Shown: positions 13,791 to 27,430 of the stretch, piece after piece
How the letters are laid out: each line of letters starts with the position of its first letter
Numbering within the stretch: the first letter of the stretch is position 1
From: Haliotis cracherodii
Taxonomy: Eukaryota
DNA: 64,000 nt
Direction: 5' to 3'
Assembly: GCF_022045235.1 (NCBI RefSeq)
Contig: NW_027266266.1
Coordinates: 5,890,001 to 5,954,000 of the forward strand
Notes under the pieces: model-generated
Databases searched by the model: none
What the model was told of the DNA's origin: nothing
The model's input: the letters and a program-made list of their open reading frames with translations, nothing else
Translations under genes and position numbers: made by a program

Positions 13791-15294
13791 CAGCGCATTT
13801 ACTGATATTGTTGAAACTAAAAACGATAGGTTACTTTCATATAAGTATTGAGATTATGTTAATTAGAAGTAAAGGCTTTCAAGAAATATCCTCGTTTTGC
13901 AACACAGTGATGGACAGTTTTAAAGTCTCCGTCCGAACATTTCTTTTGTAGATGACTCAGCATAACTGATCGAAATTACAGAGTTAATGATCACATCGTT
14001 CAGTGTCCATTTTTAGGATATTGACGGCTGTTTATGATTGCTGCGCCTCAATAAAAGGGTGAAAACTCACGACGTATTGTCTCTCTTTGAACACGATATG
14101 AACGAACCATAAGTACGTGCTCCACACTTTACACAGTTGGTAACAACACAATACATCAAACAAGGATGTCAACCACAAAATGTCTGGAATTTAAAGTCGT
14201 ATCTTCAGATCAGGCAAGTTATACACACTGGTGGCTCTTTTCATTTCAGTACAAGTATCGCTTGCACTTGACACCTACAGGTGAATGAGAGGTATTTCAC
14301 GCCAAATTGTATTATATATCATGGCGATTATAGATACAGTCGACCACTTAATATACCATAGTCCATCAAGTAATAAACCATTAGCACTGATACATGTTAT
14401 ACCTGAACAATCTTATCTGTGAAAATATTGGTTTATTTATTAAACTAAACTTTTAGAGGCACTGTAATTCCATGTGCAGAGTTTAGACCTTTGGGTAAGC
14501 CATAAACCTTTGATCGAATCCTGGTTTGACCTGATTATGTTTCATGCTTTGTCAGCACCATACCCGTTTCACCAAAGTGGTAAAAACATGCATCAATTTC
14601 CTAACGCACTAAGCAGAAACGCAGTGATATAACAGGAATACTGTTATACACAGCCACGTTAAACAAATCTCATTCACTTACTAAATCCTGCACCACTTCG
14701 GACTTCCCTCCAACACCAAATTAATCGGAATTAATTACAGGAAATGTAACTCGTTGATATAAAGCTCGCGTTCTGAGGGAATCATCTTTACTAACCCGAG
14801 CTCAAGCTTGATTTGAAACGGGAACGTGTTTTGTATCCTATTTATTACCAAATCAACATACTTCCGCCATGTCTAACATAGCAAAGAGCGTATGAATATA
14901 ACAGGTGCAAAATGTAAAATGTAAACAGAGCTACAAGTCAGTACCAGCATCCCTAAAATAGTATCTCTGTGAACTGACTATACAGAGAAATTAAAGATTC
15001 TGACCCAAATAGTTATATTTGTATATCAAATTAAATGACACAAAATTGACCACCTACACAATTTTGAGGTCAACATCATCAAATTTGCCCATGAGCCATC
15101 GCCTTCTGGCATTAGATAATTAGTGCATTCAAACTTGTTACAGACAAGACTAAAGAATGCATTTGTAAAAATCAAATATGTGAGGAAATAAGTTTATGAC
15201 AGGGCTTGGGGTTACCGATTGATAGAACCGGGATACTTCTATCACGCGTCTAGATGAAGTTTGTGGTTGAAGTGTTTGTTTTGGCAAAGAATCA

Positions 15295-15320
15295 CTAACC
15301 CTAACCCTAACCCTAACCCT
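15295..15320. repeat. Short interstitial (CCCTAA)n tract. Paralogous tracts at about 28564-28605 and 40456-40520
   Basis: Direct hexamer repeats in the same flanking context (GAATCACTAACCCTAA...TTCAGTG). Confidence 0.85.
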
Positions 15321-16123
15321 TCAGTGGACTCACGGTATTAGTATTCATTCAGTTATTTACTTTACATTAAAATGTCCAATCCCCACCTGCATGGCAGTTC
15401 GAAATGGAGCGGCAATTTCGGATGTGGCTTTTTCCCCCAAAATATGTTATCAACCATTTACTGGGCCTAACCACCCGATCCATCTTATGTCCTGGGGATC
15501 TATTCTGACCAGGAATCCCGACGGGGTAGCAGCCATTTACTCGTCACAGGCGTTGCTCATGACAGTGAATGAATACTGCTCTTGAAAGCTGCATCGAACT
15601 CTCCTGATCTGTCTTGATAACTGGTTTGTGTACAATTAGAAGACTGGTCGATCTTTTAGGTCATTTAGAATTAATGAGATGCATGTGATTGCACTTACTT
15701 TTGCCTATGAGCATCCATTAAGAATGTTTAGCATAGCGCCAATGACTCTCGTGTGGTTTTGTAGAAAAAGTAAATGTCCATATAATTAACATATGTATGT
15801 TATTGTACAATAACACAGGGAGGGGTGTTGTTTCGTGTGTCTCGAACAACTGACAGCTCTTTGTGATTCTTCAGGGTTTCTCCACTTAAAATCAGTGTAT
15901 TGACTATGAATATATCTAAGTCACATGTTTTAATCAATCGAGCCTGCATTTCGCTGATTACATGTGAATCAATATTTAAAAAGTTGTTCCATTATCAATG
16001 AACACTTTCAAAGGCAGTTCAAAGCATGGTGTTCACAGTGACGATGTCCAAACATTACAAACTAAAACTGCAAAACCATTAGTGCACAAACTTCAAGCGC
16101 AAGTCAAATACGACTTGATGCAG

Positions 16124-16410
16124 TTATCCTGCTGTGGTGTTTGTTTCCTGTTGCATTCCGCCAGTTGATTCCGGTTTAAACTGGATCACGATGAAAACAT
16201 AGGTGAGGAGGGTCCCGATGATCTGTGTCAACAAAAAAGCAAAGTAATGGAACTACAATGGGTTATTGGTAAAGATATATACATAGTATATATACTATGT
16301 TAGAGTGCACTGTGACGTCAAAACATCGTAACGGTAAACTTGTACACTTGAAATCACATGCGTGAAACCGACTGAGTAAATTATACAGCTCATCTTTGGA
16401 CTTTTGTATT

Positions 16411-16468
<58 letters not shown>

Positions 16469-19400
16469 CTATATATATATATATATTGTTTATGTTTCAG
16501 CGAAAAATCTAAATAAATAATTCAACGTACCGTTAGGATTGTGTCCTTCGTGATGGTCATTAGGCCTAAAACACTGATTCCGATCTGACGTTGAGACAAC
16601 TTGTTTGCGAACAATGTGACCTGGGTTCGTGAGAAAAAATTAAGCTATTGATAAGACACTGCAAATTTATTAACTTACATAGATAGAGACATAGATAACA
16701 ACATAATAATTGAAACGTTTCAAAATGGTTATTTTTTAAAGTAACATCATTTAACAGCATTTATCAAATGAAACATCTTCAGGAACATTTATCATGTTTA
16801 AGATGCTTGATGACGTATATCAAATTTAACAGATATAACGTGTAAAGTAAGAAATGAAACCTGGAAACATGAAATGTGTGAAGGTGAGATTGTGTGTTAC
16901 AGAAGCATGTGGGTGGTTGAGGACGTCTCTGGCGGGTCTAACGGACAGTAAGGCCATCTCGGTGAGAGAATGTACATGTATTTGTTGCCTGACACAGGAC
17001 AATCCTGAAGAATTCTGGAAAATTCTGAAGCAGGGCAGAGCTACCAGTAATATAAGTCAGGAAACTAGTCCCCAAGACTGGAGCACACACTTCTCTAATC
17101 TGTTGAATGTTGATATGGGTGAGGTTACGTGTGACGCGAGCCAACCCGAATCATGTATACAACCGGATCCATACACATCTTCAGGTCTGGTGTGAAGGCT
17201 GACCCGAACAATTACAGTGGCATATCACTGATAGACTCTTTGTATAACAGATACACTTCCATTTTAAACAATCGGTTACGACAGTGGTGTGATCAAAATT
17301 ATGTAATTCATGAGATAAAAGCAGGATTCAGAACAAATTATTCCACTGCTGATCATATATTTTCACTCCATGCAATGATCCAGAAATATGCCTGCAAAAA
17401 GAAAGTTACTGTTTGTTTATTGATTTTTCAAAAGCTTTTGATACTGTTAAACATGACGTATTACTATCGAGCCTTAAAAATGGGGAAATCTTCAATATTC
17501 TTTCATCAATGTATTCACATCTATCAGCCTCTGTAAGAACTTCAAATGGATTGTCTAGTTACTTCCATTGTTATGTTGGTACTCGTCAAGGATGCATCTT
17601 GAGTCCCCAGATGTTTATTATTTTCATCAATCAACTTATTAGTATGATGGAAGAATATGTTGGAGAAGGTATATATATATATATCTCCTGATGCAAATAA
17701 TCTATTTACTCTCATGGTTGTTGATGATGTTTCTGCAGTCGCCGATACTGCATTACAATTACAAAAATAGAGAAATTGGTTTGGATTTTTTTGTCTATTA
17801 ACTGGTATGAAAGTAAATGTGAAAAAATTAAGGTTGTTGTGTTTTGTAACCTTGGGGCACTGCGACACTATGCGAATTGGTCTCTTCACGACCAGAAGCG
17901 TGATGTGGTGTCACTTTATAGATATTTAGGTATAGTATTTACACCCAGACTAGTTTGGACAAAAGCACAGTCCTGCCTTGCATCACAAGCAAATAAAGCT
18001 CTAATGGCAATATACAGGTATCAAAAGAGAGTAGGTAATATTAATTGTACTAATCTTTACAGGGTTTTTGATGCAATGGTTACACCAATATTGTGCTATG
18101 GGTCATAAATCTGGGGAGCAACATATTGCAAAACAATTGAAAATGTTTAGATAAGAATGTGCAAATATGTCCTGAAAGTTGGTAAAAGTTCATGCAATAG
18201 TACAGCACTGGGTGAATGTGGAAGAGCTCCACTTCAGCTCACATGCATGTCACGGTCAGTTAAGTACTGGTGTAGATTAATCACTCTGGTGAGTGAATGA
18301 GTGAGTGAGTAAGTGAGTGAGTGGGGTTTAACGCAGCTTTTAAAAGTATTGCAGTTATATCGGCGTGTCAGCTTAATGTGGAAGGAAAGCCCGAAGTGAT
18401 GCAGGTCTCAGTCGTTTACCACTTTTTGTGAAACCCACGAGCATGGGTATGGTGCTGACAAACCTAGAAACATAATCGGGGCGAAATTGGATTCGAAGCC
18501 ACAATCACAGGTTTTTGGAGTGCCCAAAGAGACGCAAGTCTGCAAAGCGAATCGCGGGGCCCAAGACGACTGGGCAACCGCGTCCCCTCAATCTGGATAG
18601 AAATAGGCTACCTCATCAATGCTATTAAATGTGAAAGTCTCTTGATGATGCTGGCAGAGTCATATAGGCTACACATATCAAACATATTCTATTTAATTTG
18701 GGTTTGGTTTTGTATGGATTCACCAGTATGTTGGGAATATTAACATTTTTATGAGATTTTTTTAAAGAAGACTTGTTGATAATTTTAAACAAAATTGGTT
18801 TTCTACACTACACGCCTCTCATTAATGCATCTTATGCATTGCTATTCCTTTACATTTGTAAATTCATTTCACAAGATTTAGATGTGGCAATTTTAGACTT
18901 ATGACAGAAACTTTAATATACCATACCATTTAAGACTATGTCCTCATTGTAGGCTAAATGATAAAATGGACTTAGAAGACGAGATTCATATTTTACTTGT
19001 ATATGATGCAATCAGCGTTTTCATATATATGTATATATTTCAGATGAGGTTGAAGTGTGGTCTCTAAATGAATTGTTAAATGTTTTCTTACCATTGCAAT
19101 CATTCTGTCTGGCATCTTTCTCACAGCCAAGTCATGAAGAATGTTCAGAGGTCGGTGTGCCTGAATACAAACATTCCAGTTACTTTGTTAAAAAAAATAA
19201 AACTTTTAAATTGACACAAAATGGGATTACATAAAACACTGAGTCTAGGGAAGCCACTGGTTGTCCCTAGGTCGCCCATTAGTTAAATCTTTCTCTCGTT
19301 ATGCCTAAAACTGCAGTGACACATGGGACATTGCTGTAAGTGGAAACAATACTCATCCGAGTTTGTAATTCCAAAGGAATTATTTTTACTGCATTCATTC

Positions 19401-20828
19401 GCTTTGAGACATTGTAGAATCGCGATATACTTTTATTCGGGTTCTCAATGACTATAGATAACAATTATTGGTATTTTACTCTGTGGAATCCTGCTAATCC
19501 GAATTGAACTGCCGGGCAAAAGAAAGTATACACCCATGTTTGATGGTGGCCAAAATGAAGCAAACAAGAATGGTTATTCAACGGTGATGTATTTGATAAG
19601 GGTATAATGGTTATATTTTGGACCTGAAGTTTGCAGTGTTTTGATGTTTGTATTCAGATTACTAAAGTTTGCAGAACGCTTGTAACACTTTAGTCAGATC
19701 CAATTTTCAAGAGTATACTTTCTTAGCCCGGGGGGCTATTCCACTCTCATTGACATCGACCAGGATGATAAAAGGTCAAAACAAACGAAAAATGTAACAA
19801 CTTGTAATCCTATTCACATTCCATAGTTTTATTATGCGGAATATGCGATTTTCTGTCTGACGGGGTTTCAACGTACAATTTCACAATAACATTGTAACAC
19901 TCACCGCTTCGTGCAGCCTGACACCAAGGTAGGTGAGAGTGATGAGATTCAGGGCGGAAAAGTACAAAGCAAATGCCGCAAAACCAATGTTCAAAATGGA
20001 GGGGACGCTGTTGATCAGGATGTACAGGCAGAAACACGCAGTGAGGAAGCAGCAGAGAAAGGCGGCACCCACGTGTATGGATATGAAGGAACACACATAT
20101 TCCACCAAGCCTGTCAGTGTTGCATGGTATCCTCGAATGTCCTCGATATCCTCTTCTTTGAAGGATCCTTCAGACGCCCGTAAAAGCCTCAGCGTGCAAA
20201 CATCATATTCATACGTGAGAAGGAGGGAGATAAACAAGAACAGAAGCAATAGGGAATGGTAAAGCAGGATGATATAGCCAGCGTGTATCGCATTAAAGAC
20301 AAGTAAAGGCCAAAATATTTCACTGGATGGCTCAATCATCATGCTTAAGCTGATTCCACTGACCACACATGTGAAAGCCGCAAGGATTTTTAAACATATA
20401 CATGCCCTCTTTACCCTTTTCCTCAATGTAGTGTTTGGAACACAATTGTTAAACTTCAACCGTGCTTCATTGTGACGTTCGCAGAATATGCGTAGCTTGC
20501 TGTGGATGTTGGTACTGAGACCCCAAAAAGTTATTAATAACACAATCATAATGTGACTTGAAATGGCGAGACCTGTGTCCGTGAAAGATTCAGCTGAAAT
20601 GTACGATGGTATCACCTGGATAAAAGATAGAATGAAAACTATGCACACCAAACTTGAATATATGCAGGAAGCTACCGAGGAGACGGAGCACCTTTTTGCT
20701 GACTTCGACTGATGATAGTCCCATGATAACCCAGACAACGCTATCAGTCTCTGGACACTTTTCAATGTTTCCTGTACATCATCTGTATCACTGGATGTAT
20801 CAACGGAGTTTTGGAAAACCTTCAACAT
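16124..20828 (-). CDS. Gustatory receptor-like (GRL/7TMIC) chemoreceptor, copy B, 393 aa. Exons 20828-19905, 19160-19092, 16620-16531, 16222-16124
   Basis: Same structure as copy A (924/69/90/99 bp, phase-0 GT-AG introns). The last exon is IIGTLLTYVFIVIQFKPESTGGMQQETNTTAG* with the canonical TYhhhhhQF. Confidence 0.9.
16411..16486. repeat. (TATC)n/(TA)n microsatellite
   Basis: Direct inspection. Confidence 0.95.
16990..19010 (+). mobile_element. Degenerate non-LTR retrotransposon reverse transcriptase (CR1/L2/RTE-X-like) in GRL-B intron 2
   Basis: Frameshifted RT motifs: DPNNYSGISL, AGFRTNYSTADHIF, FIDFSKAFDTV, GTRQGCILSP, YRYLGIVF, PILCYGS, and a C-terminal EDEIH. Confidence 0.88.
18290..18590 (-). 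mobile_element. tRNA-derived SINE with a V-like domain, nested in the LINE remnant
   Basis: Reverse complement of the family at 51861-52138, with an (ACTC)n tail. Confidence 0.85.
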
Positions 20829-22539
20829 TTTCGACTGTCTGGATTCTGAATAAATGGTGTATTCTCCTTGTAAGCTAGACCTTTATATGGTTCTGTCCTC
20901 AACTAAATATCATCAGTATCTCGTGTAACAGTTTCCTCGACAATGCATACAATACCAAAACGTACATTTAATTGCCCAAGAGATTCCAAATTGGATATGG
21001 GTGAGGCGAGCCAATAAATCAATCATCATGATCAAATACCACAACATTTATTTTAAAAGCCTTTAATGGACATTCTGTACCGAATAATCAATGTAAATAA
21101 AGAGTTCTGAATGCGGTAGCTGATGGGTCTGTTGTAATATCTGGCATTGATTGTCCATATTTGAAAACTACCAGTATGTCATCCCAAGTGAAAAAGCTGT
21201 GTGAGTATATCAAAGATGAAGTCATATATAAAATGTATAATGTCAACGCCAGAGAATAACCAGTCTCGTTCTTCAGACGAAACAGATTACAATGGGTGTA
21301 AAACGCAAAACAGAAGTGGAAATTATATGAATGGATCACTAAGAGTTGTTCACGATACAAGGTGTTTGCCAAAATGATATGCAGGTCCTGCCGTACCAGA
21401 AGCGCCCGCCACTCACACACTTTGTATAAAAAGGTATGTGTGGGTTGCCTTACACAATACAGCAGTACTCCTGCCATGCGACGGTGGTATGTAAATAAAA
21501 CAGACACTCCACTAATGGACCAGAAATACAGGCTGATGACAGCATTTACTTAATTAAAGGGATGAAACCTATGACTTTGTCAACTACTTTCTGAAACCAA
21601 TCTGAATTTGACGTTGTAAATACCGCACTGTGTAATGAGGTTCATCGAGTTCGAGAATGTCATCAATATGCATGGGAGGAGGAATAAGTGAATGGGTGAG
21701 TGAGGGAATCACTGTCTTGCCATTTTACTGACATATTAAATCAAATCATGGTCAACGTTGGCTGAACCATTGAATACCCGCATATAACACAAACCTCACG
21801 TTTTCTTTCAAAGGAATGGACAAGAAATTCAGTAACCCGACAGCACATATACTGATTTTGTTGAAACTAAAACTGATATGTTAATATCAAGTGTTGAGAT
21901 TCTGTTGTTTAAAAGTCAAGGCGTTTAAGAAATATGTTCGTTTTGCAACACAGCGATGGGCTGTTATATGACCGAATATAGAGTAAATATTACAGTGTAA
22001 ATGATTACATCATTCAACGACTCAGTCTGTGTCCATTTTGGGATATTGGCAGCTGTTTATGATTGCTAAGACACAGTAAAAGGGGGACTACTCACAACGT
22101 ATTATCTCTCTTTGAACACGATGCGAACGATGCATAAGCACTTGCTCAACACAGTGCACAGTTCGTAACAACACAATACATAAAGCAAGGATGCCAACCA
22201 CAGAAGATGAGTAATAATAAGTCGTATCTTCAGATCAGGCAAGTTATACACACTGGTGGCTCTTTTCATTTCAGTACAGGTACCGCTTGCACTTGACACG
22301 AACAGATGACTGAAGGGTATTTCACGCCAAGCTGTTATAACATTATCATGGGGGTTATAGATTCACACAAATCTGGTAAGTAATACTGAAAACAAATAGA
22401 CAGTCGACCACTTAAAATACCACAATCCATCAAGTGATAAAGAATTAGTACTGACAAATGTTATACCTGAACAATCTTATCTTACCTTTAACGGCAAGCA
22501 TGGGTTGCTGAAGACCTATTCAACCCCGGATCTTGAAGT

Positions 22540-22701
22540 AGTTGTAATAGTAGTAGTAGTAACATTAGTAGTAGTAGTAGTAGTAGTACTATCCCGGATC
22601 TTGTAGTAGTATGATAAGTAGTAGTAGTAGTATTAGTACTAGCCCGGATCGTGTAGTAGTATGATAAGTAGTAGTAGTAGTTTGATTAGTAGTAGTTTGA
22701 T

Positions 22702-22762
<61 letters not shown>
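22540..22762. repeat. (TAG)n microsatellite with interspersed CCCGGATC units
   Basis: Direct inspection. Confidence 0.95.
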
Positions 22763-22962
22763 CTATGAAATACTCAAAATGACATTTTTAATACGAAGGT
22801 TCACAATGTAATTTATATTTCCACTGTCCATGCCCCATGTATCTACGTGTCGAGAAGTAGAAGTTGGGGCCTATAACGTATTCAAAATGAAATTTTAAAA
22901 ACGAATTTTCACAATGTAATTTACATTCAAACTGTCCTAGCCTTCCTACATGTATACAGAAC

Positions 22963-23375
22963 ACGGGTGGCCCAGCCGTTTACGGTGCCGTCATGCTGTG
23001 CAGAGTTGTGTGTCACGAGTCCTCGTATGTTCGAAACCCAGTTCACCCTAAGTACCTTTCTCATAGTAGTTTGTCAGCACCATACCAGTGATCTTATCAC
23101 CAAAGAGGTAACTGTCTGAGGCCTGCAGGGGGAACATTGGGCCCACTTGTCTCAGGCGCCGCAATTCCATGTGCAGAATTTAGACCTTTGGTCACGCCAA
23201 AAACCTGTGATTCGGGATTCGAATCCCGGTTCGTCCGGATTATGTGTCTAGGTTTGTCAGCACCATTCCCGTTTCACAAAAGTGGTAAACTTCTAAGACA
23301 TGCATCACTTCCCTTACGCACTCAGTTGAAACGCCGTGTTATACCAAGCCTGTTAAACCAATCTCATTCACTCAC
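22963..23375 (+). mobile_element. Diverged head-to-tail dimer of the V-like SINE. Paralogous dimer at about 50315-50730, partial copy at about 14455-14680
   Basis: Two successive tRNA-like heads (GGTGGCCCA...GTTCGAAACCC and GGGCCCA...ATTCGAATCCC), each followed by GTTTGTCAGCACCAT. Confidence 0.7.
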
Positions 23376-23914
23376 AAAATCTAAGTCCTGCACCACTTTC
23401 CTCCAACATCAAATTGACACACTGTGATGTCACTGCATTCTCGGAATTAATTATAGGATATGGAACTCGTTGATATAACGTTCATGTCTTCAGGGGAATC
23501 ATATTTACCAGTCCCGAGCTTAAGCTTGATTTGAAACGTGAACGTGTTTTGTATCCTATTTATTACTGAATCAACATACTTCCGCCATGTCTAACAGAAC
23601 AAAGATCGTATGAATACAACATGTGCCAAAAGTAAACAGTGCTGCATCAGTCCCAGCATCCCTGAAATAGCACCTCTGTGAACTGAATGTAAAGACGTCT
23701 GAAGAACATGGGACATTAAAGATTGTGGCTAACATTTAATTCCATTTTTGTGATATATCCTTATCTTACATCATTGAAACATGATTGAAGGGGACTGAAT
23801 TAATCTGACTCTCTGTCGCTACGTTTGGCAAGCAGCTACTGTCGTGCTGTTCAGTCAGCTCCACGTCATTGGGTATTAAGAGAGCTCGAGTTGGAAATAT
23901 GATAATAAGGAGTA

Positions 23915-25560
23915 AGGAGTTAATATTTATTGTCTCATCGGTAGTATTTCAGCCATATCGTGACTAAAACAAGTTATACATAAATAATACATAAATTTAT
24001 ACTATAAAATCTCTTGACAAAGGACAGTAAAAAAACTAAGTTATCACAGATAGAGATTTAAAACTAGTATGTAACCATATAAAATTGACTATTCATAATG
24101 ATACATGATAAACATGGACTGTACATCACCAGCAACCAACGTTAGGCCACCGTACTGGGGACGATAAGGGCCTTCAGTACCTTTGTTACCCTCATGAACC
24201 ACAGCAGGATTTACATCATCCCTTTAGTCACTGTGGATAATTGACAGGGTTTAGCCGTAAATTAAAACAAACAAATAGTCTACGATTAAAACACTAGTAG
24301 ACATAGAAGTACTTTGAATGACATGGACTTACGCTTCTTCAACCCCCACCAAGGGCACAGCCACTGACAATCTCAATAAATTATCATACAAAACCAATTA
24401 TTAAAATAGATAACTTTCTTCATCAAACTTTATCTATTAATTCTATTTCCGTTAAGAAAAAAACGATAATTAAATGAGCACTTATTTGATTAAAAAGATC
24501 CTTTATGTGTGGAACTTTGAAATAGTTTCCCCTTGTAATGGAAAAATCAGCACTGTCAAGGAGGACATGTTTGACCGTGATTCTTTCATTACAAGGGATA
24601 ATGAGGATCCGCACCTTCCAATAGATATTCATGAGTATATCTACTATTACCAATACTACTTCGACAACCCAAGTAGGTGAAACAGATGGTTGGTTTGATT
24701 TGGTGTATTTTATGTATTCCTACTTGGAGGTCCCTCTTCTTTTGCATTAGATTTTGGATGATACATCTAATAACAGGTTTGTAATCAGTGTATGTATGGA
24801 TCAGAAGGGGCGTGGCAGATCTGTTGAGTTACCACTGTGTTACCTTCTATGGCTAAAAGACCAGGCAACCAATAAAAGACGATATTGTATTGGCCAGTAG
24901 CAAAATTATTGTACACTTCAAAAATATCTAAAATAATTGAGTCGAAGAAATTTAATTAAGTGCCTAAAGACAGGAAAGAGAATAAAAAAGATGATAAACT
25001 GCTTATATGCAGACGCGTTGAATATATACCAAGGCTGTAAGGAGAGCATGGGCCTCAGCAGTAAAAATAAACGTTTTATCCAACGACAGTGGCACTTGCT
25101 ACCATCAGTAAAAATTGAACTATGAGTATCGTATTTATTCCTCAGCTGTGCATATTCCTGTGATATACCAGTTGAAATAATCCAGTTGATATAAAGTTGT
25201 CAGATTATATAAAACGTGTCAAGGAAATGTCTCCTGGTCTCACCAAAACTACCAGAGAGGAGTAGACAAGATATAGGAGAGATATTATCCAGGTCCAGAT
25301 TTGCAGCAGTAAAACTGGAACTCCAAGTGGAGGAACCACTTCTGAACAGTTCTGCATAGAGGGGATTAAAAACGGAGTCATCAGCAGGAATGGAGGGATT
25401 TCAACGTAATTTAGAGGTAAGTCAGTGCGTGATGTTGTGACTGAAGGAATTCACAATTTGTGCCAGTGGAGACCTTGCCTTGCCAAATTTCATAATTATG
25501 CTTCATGTACATATGAGGAAATCCAGCATTTCACATAGTTTTTTTCCATGTACAAAGTAT
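23915..25560 (-). mobile_element. 3' part of an I/Nimb-type LINE (degenerate RNase H region, C-terminal Cys/His motif, 3' UTR)
   Basis: Contains 'PCNERITVKHVLLD', a C-terminal motif typical of I-group LINE ORF2. The 3' UTR is shared with 44525-45160 and 54093-54785. Confidence 0.7.
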
Positions 25561-25699
25561 ATTAAAGTTACTTTCATTTTTATCATATAACATGTGATAG
25601 ATTCAGTTGTGGCAGAATGATAGACCGTAGTAGAGTAACTTGAGTTAAGGGAGGTTTTGGTTGGCAACCAGCTATTTTTTCATCTGTAAATCGACTATC

Positions 25700-26795
25700 A
25701 TTGTTAGGAAGAAAGACAAGTCCCATGGATGAACATCTTCTTTATTACAATCAGTGCGACGTTTCGGTGTAGATCCTAACAACTTTATCAAGCAAGTGAT
25801 GGATAGTGCTGAACAACATAGGTATATATACTTATTAACATCAATGTTTATACAGTAAATTGATTGATGGACACAGAGTGCTGATTAAGATAATTGGAAG
25901 CCAGTGAATGACTAATGGGACAGGGTAAACAACCACGGAAGCTCATTGGGATGATTGGAACCCAGTGAATTAGAAACCAGTGAATTGCCTGAATTGTCCG
26001 ACTGATTGTTGACCAGGATCGTGATGTTGTTCCACTGGATGTTGTGATCGGGGTGGGTTTGGGTGTGGTCGGTCCTGTGTTCTTTCATTCTAATGGGTAG
26101 GGGCCTGGATGTTTCACCTACATAGGAGTCGCCACAGTCACATTGTATGTGATATACGACACCAGCTGGGTCTTCTTTCTTTGATGAAGAGGGCCTGCCA
26201 TTGGCACTGAGGATGTTCTGGATTGTCCTGCCTCTCTGGAATACTGTATCAATGTTGGCGTGGTGTTTGAGCAGTCTTTGGATTTGGTGGCTGACTGTTC
26301 CAATGTAGGGTAGACTGATAGCAAACGGGGCTGTCTGTTGTCGTGGAGGCCGCTCTCTGGGGCTGAGGATGCTGTTGATTGTTTGTTCAACTAGGCTGGT
26401 AGGATAATTGTTGAAGTTAGTGAAGACATGGCGGAGGTGGTTGCGTTCAGTTTGTAGCTGTTGTGACGTGGAACAGATGTTGACGGCACGTCGGGCTAAG
26501 TTGGCGATAATTCCTCTCTTGAATTGTGGTGGATGGTTGGAGGAATGGTGAAGATACTGATCAGTATGGGTTGGTTTACGGTAGACACTGGTGTGGAGTT
26601 TGTTATCGTTGTCTGTATTGTCTGCACTCTTACATCTAGGAATGGTAGTTGTCAGCTTCTTCTTCCATAGTGAACTGCATAATGGGGTGTTGGGCATTCA
26701 GGTGGTTGAGGAGGGTTTTGGTGTCATGGTCAGGTTGGAGAATGACAAAGGTGTCGTCGACTTTCCTAAACCAGCAGTGTTCCTCTCACAAGACT
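25700..26795 (-). mobile_element. 5'-truncated Penelope-like element (RT C-terminus + GIY-YIG endonuclease) with terminal repeat
   Basis: ORF 25912-26697 has VYRKPTHTDQYL, LPYI and GVVYHIQCDCGDSYVGETSRPLPIRMKEH. RKVDDTFV lies just upstream in another frame. Confidence 0.9.
25755..25794 (-). ncRNA. Minimal type-I hammerhead-like ribozyme in the Penelope terminal repeat
   Basis: TGC-TTGATAA-[AGTTGTTAG GAT CTACACC]-GAAA-CG-TC-GCA. It has stem I, a variant core, stem II and the palindromic ACGT in place of stem III, followed by AATAAA. Confidence 0.6.
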
Positions 26796-27430
26796 AAGAC
26801 ATTCGTGTGAATCCTTTTACCCATTGTCTATCCGATTGTGGAACTCTATTCCGTTATCAGATTGAAATTCTACGATTTCTTGTTTTAAAAATTCTTTACA
26901 AAAGCACCATCCCACGTCACCTGCGTACTTCGCATATGGAAAAAGAAAATATAATATCTTGCACACAAAACTGAGATACATGTGCAGTCAATTTGATTAT
27001 GATTTATATAGAATTGGTATAAAGATCACCCGAACTGTACATGTTCAAATACATGTGAAAATGCATATCATTATCTCATGGAATGTACATTGTTTAGTCA
27101 TCAGCGTGAAATTCTGTTAAACAGCCTCAAAAATATTGTTCATAACACACCTGATGTACACTTACTGTTATACGGCAATGCAGTATACGTTGTTACAGAA
27201 GATGAAGCTATATTTAAGGCAGTACAACATTATACATGTACAAATAAAAGATTTGTGTAAAGAACTGTTCATTCAACAATGTATCTCTATGTCCCCTCTA
27301 TAGTGCTGTATGCATATATATTGAATTTGAAATTGTGAAATTTTTGTAAATACCAGGGAGAGGGCATTCTAAGTTGGAAGAACTTGTCCCCCAATCCCAT
27401 TCACTCCTTGTGAATAAATATGTTTAAATC
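26796..27430 (+). mobile_element. 3' end remnant of a CR1-like LINE
   Basis: Degenerate LWNSIP, ENAYHYLMEC, LLLYG and AIFKAVQHY..TNKRF*, followed by a 3' UTR ending AATAAATATGTTTAAA. Confidence 0.65.

Noticed and set aside
16281-16300. 20-bp perfect palindrome ACATAGTATATATACTATGT
   Set aside because: AT-rich and centred on (TA)n. Expected by chance or slippage, with no supporting context.
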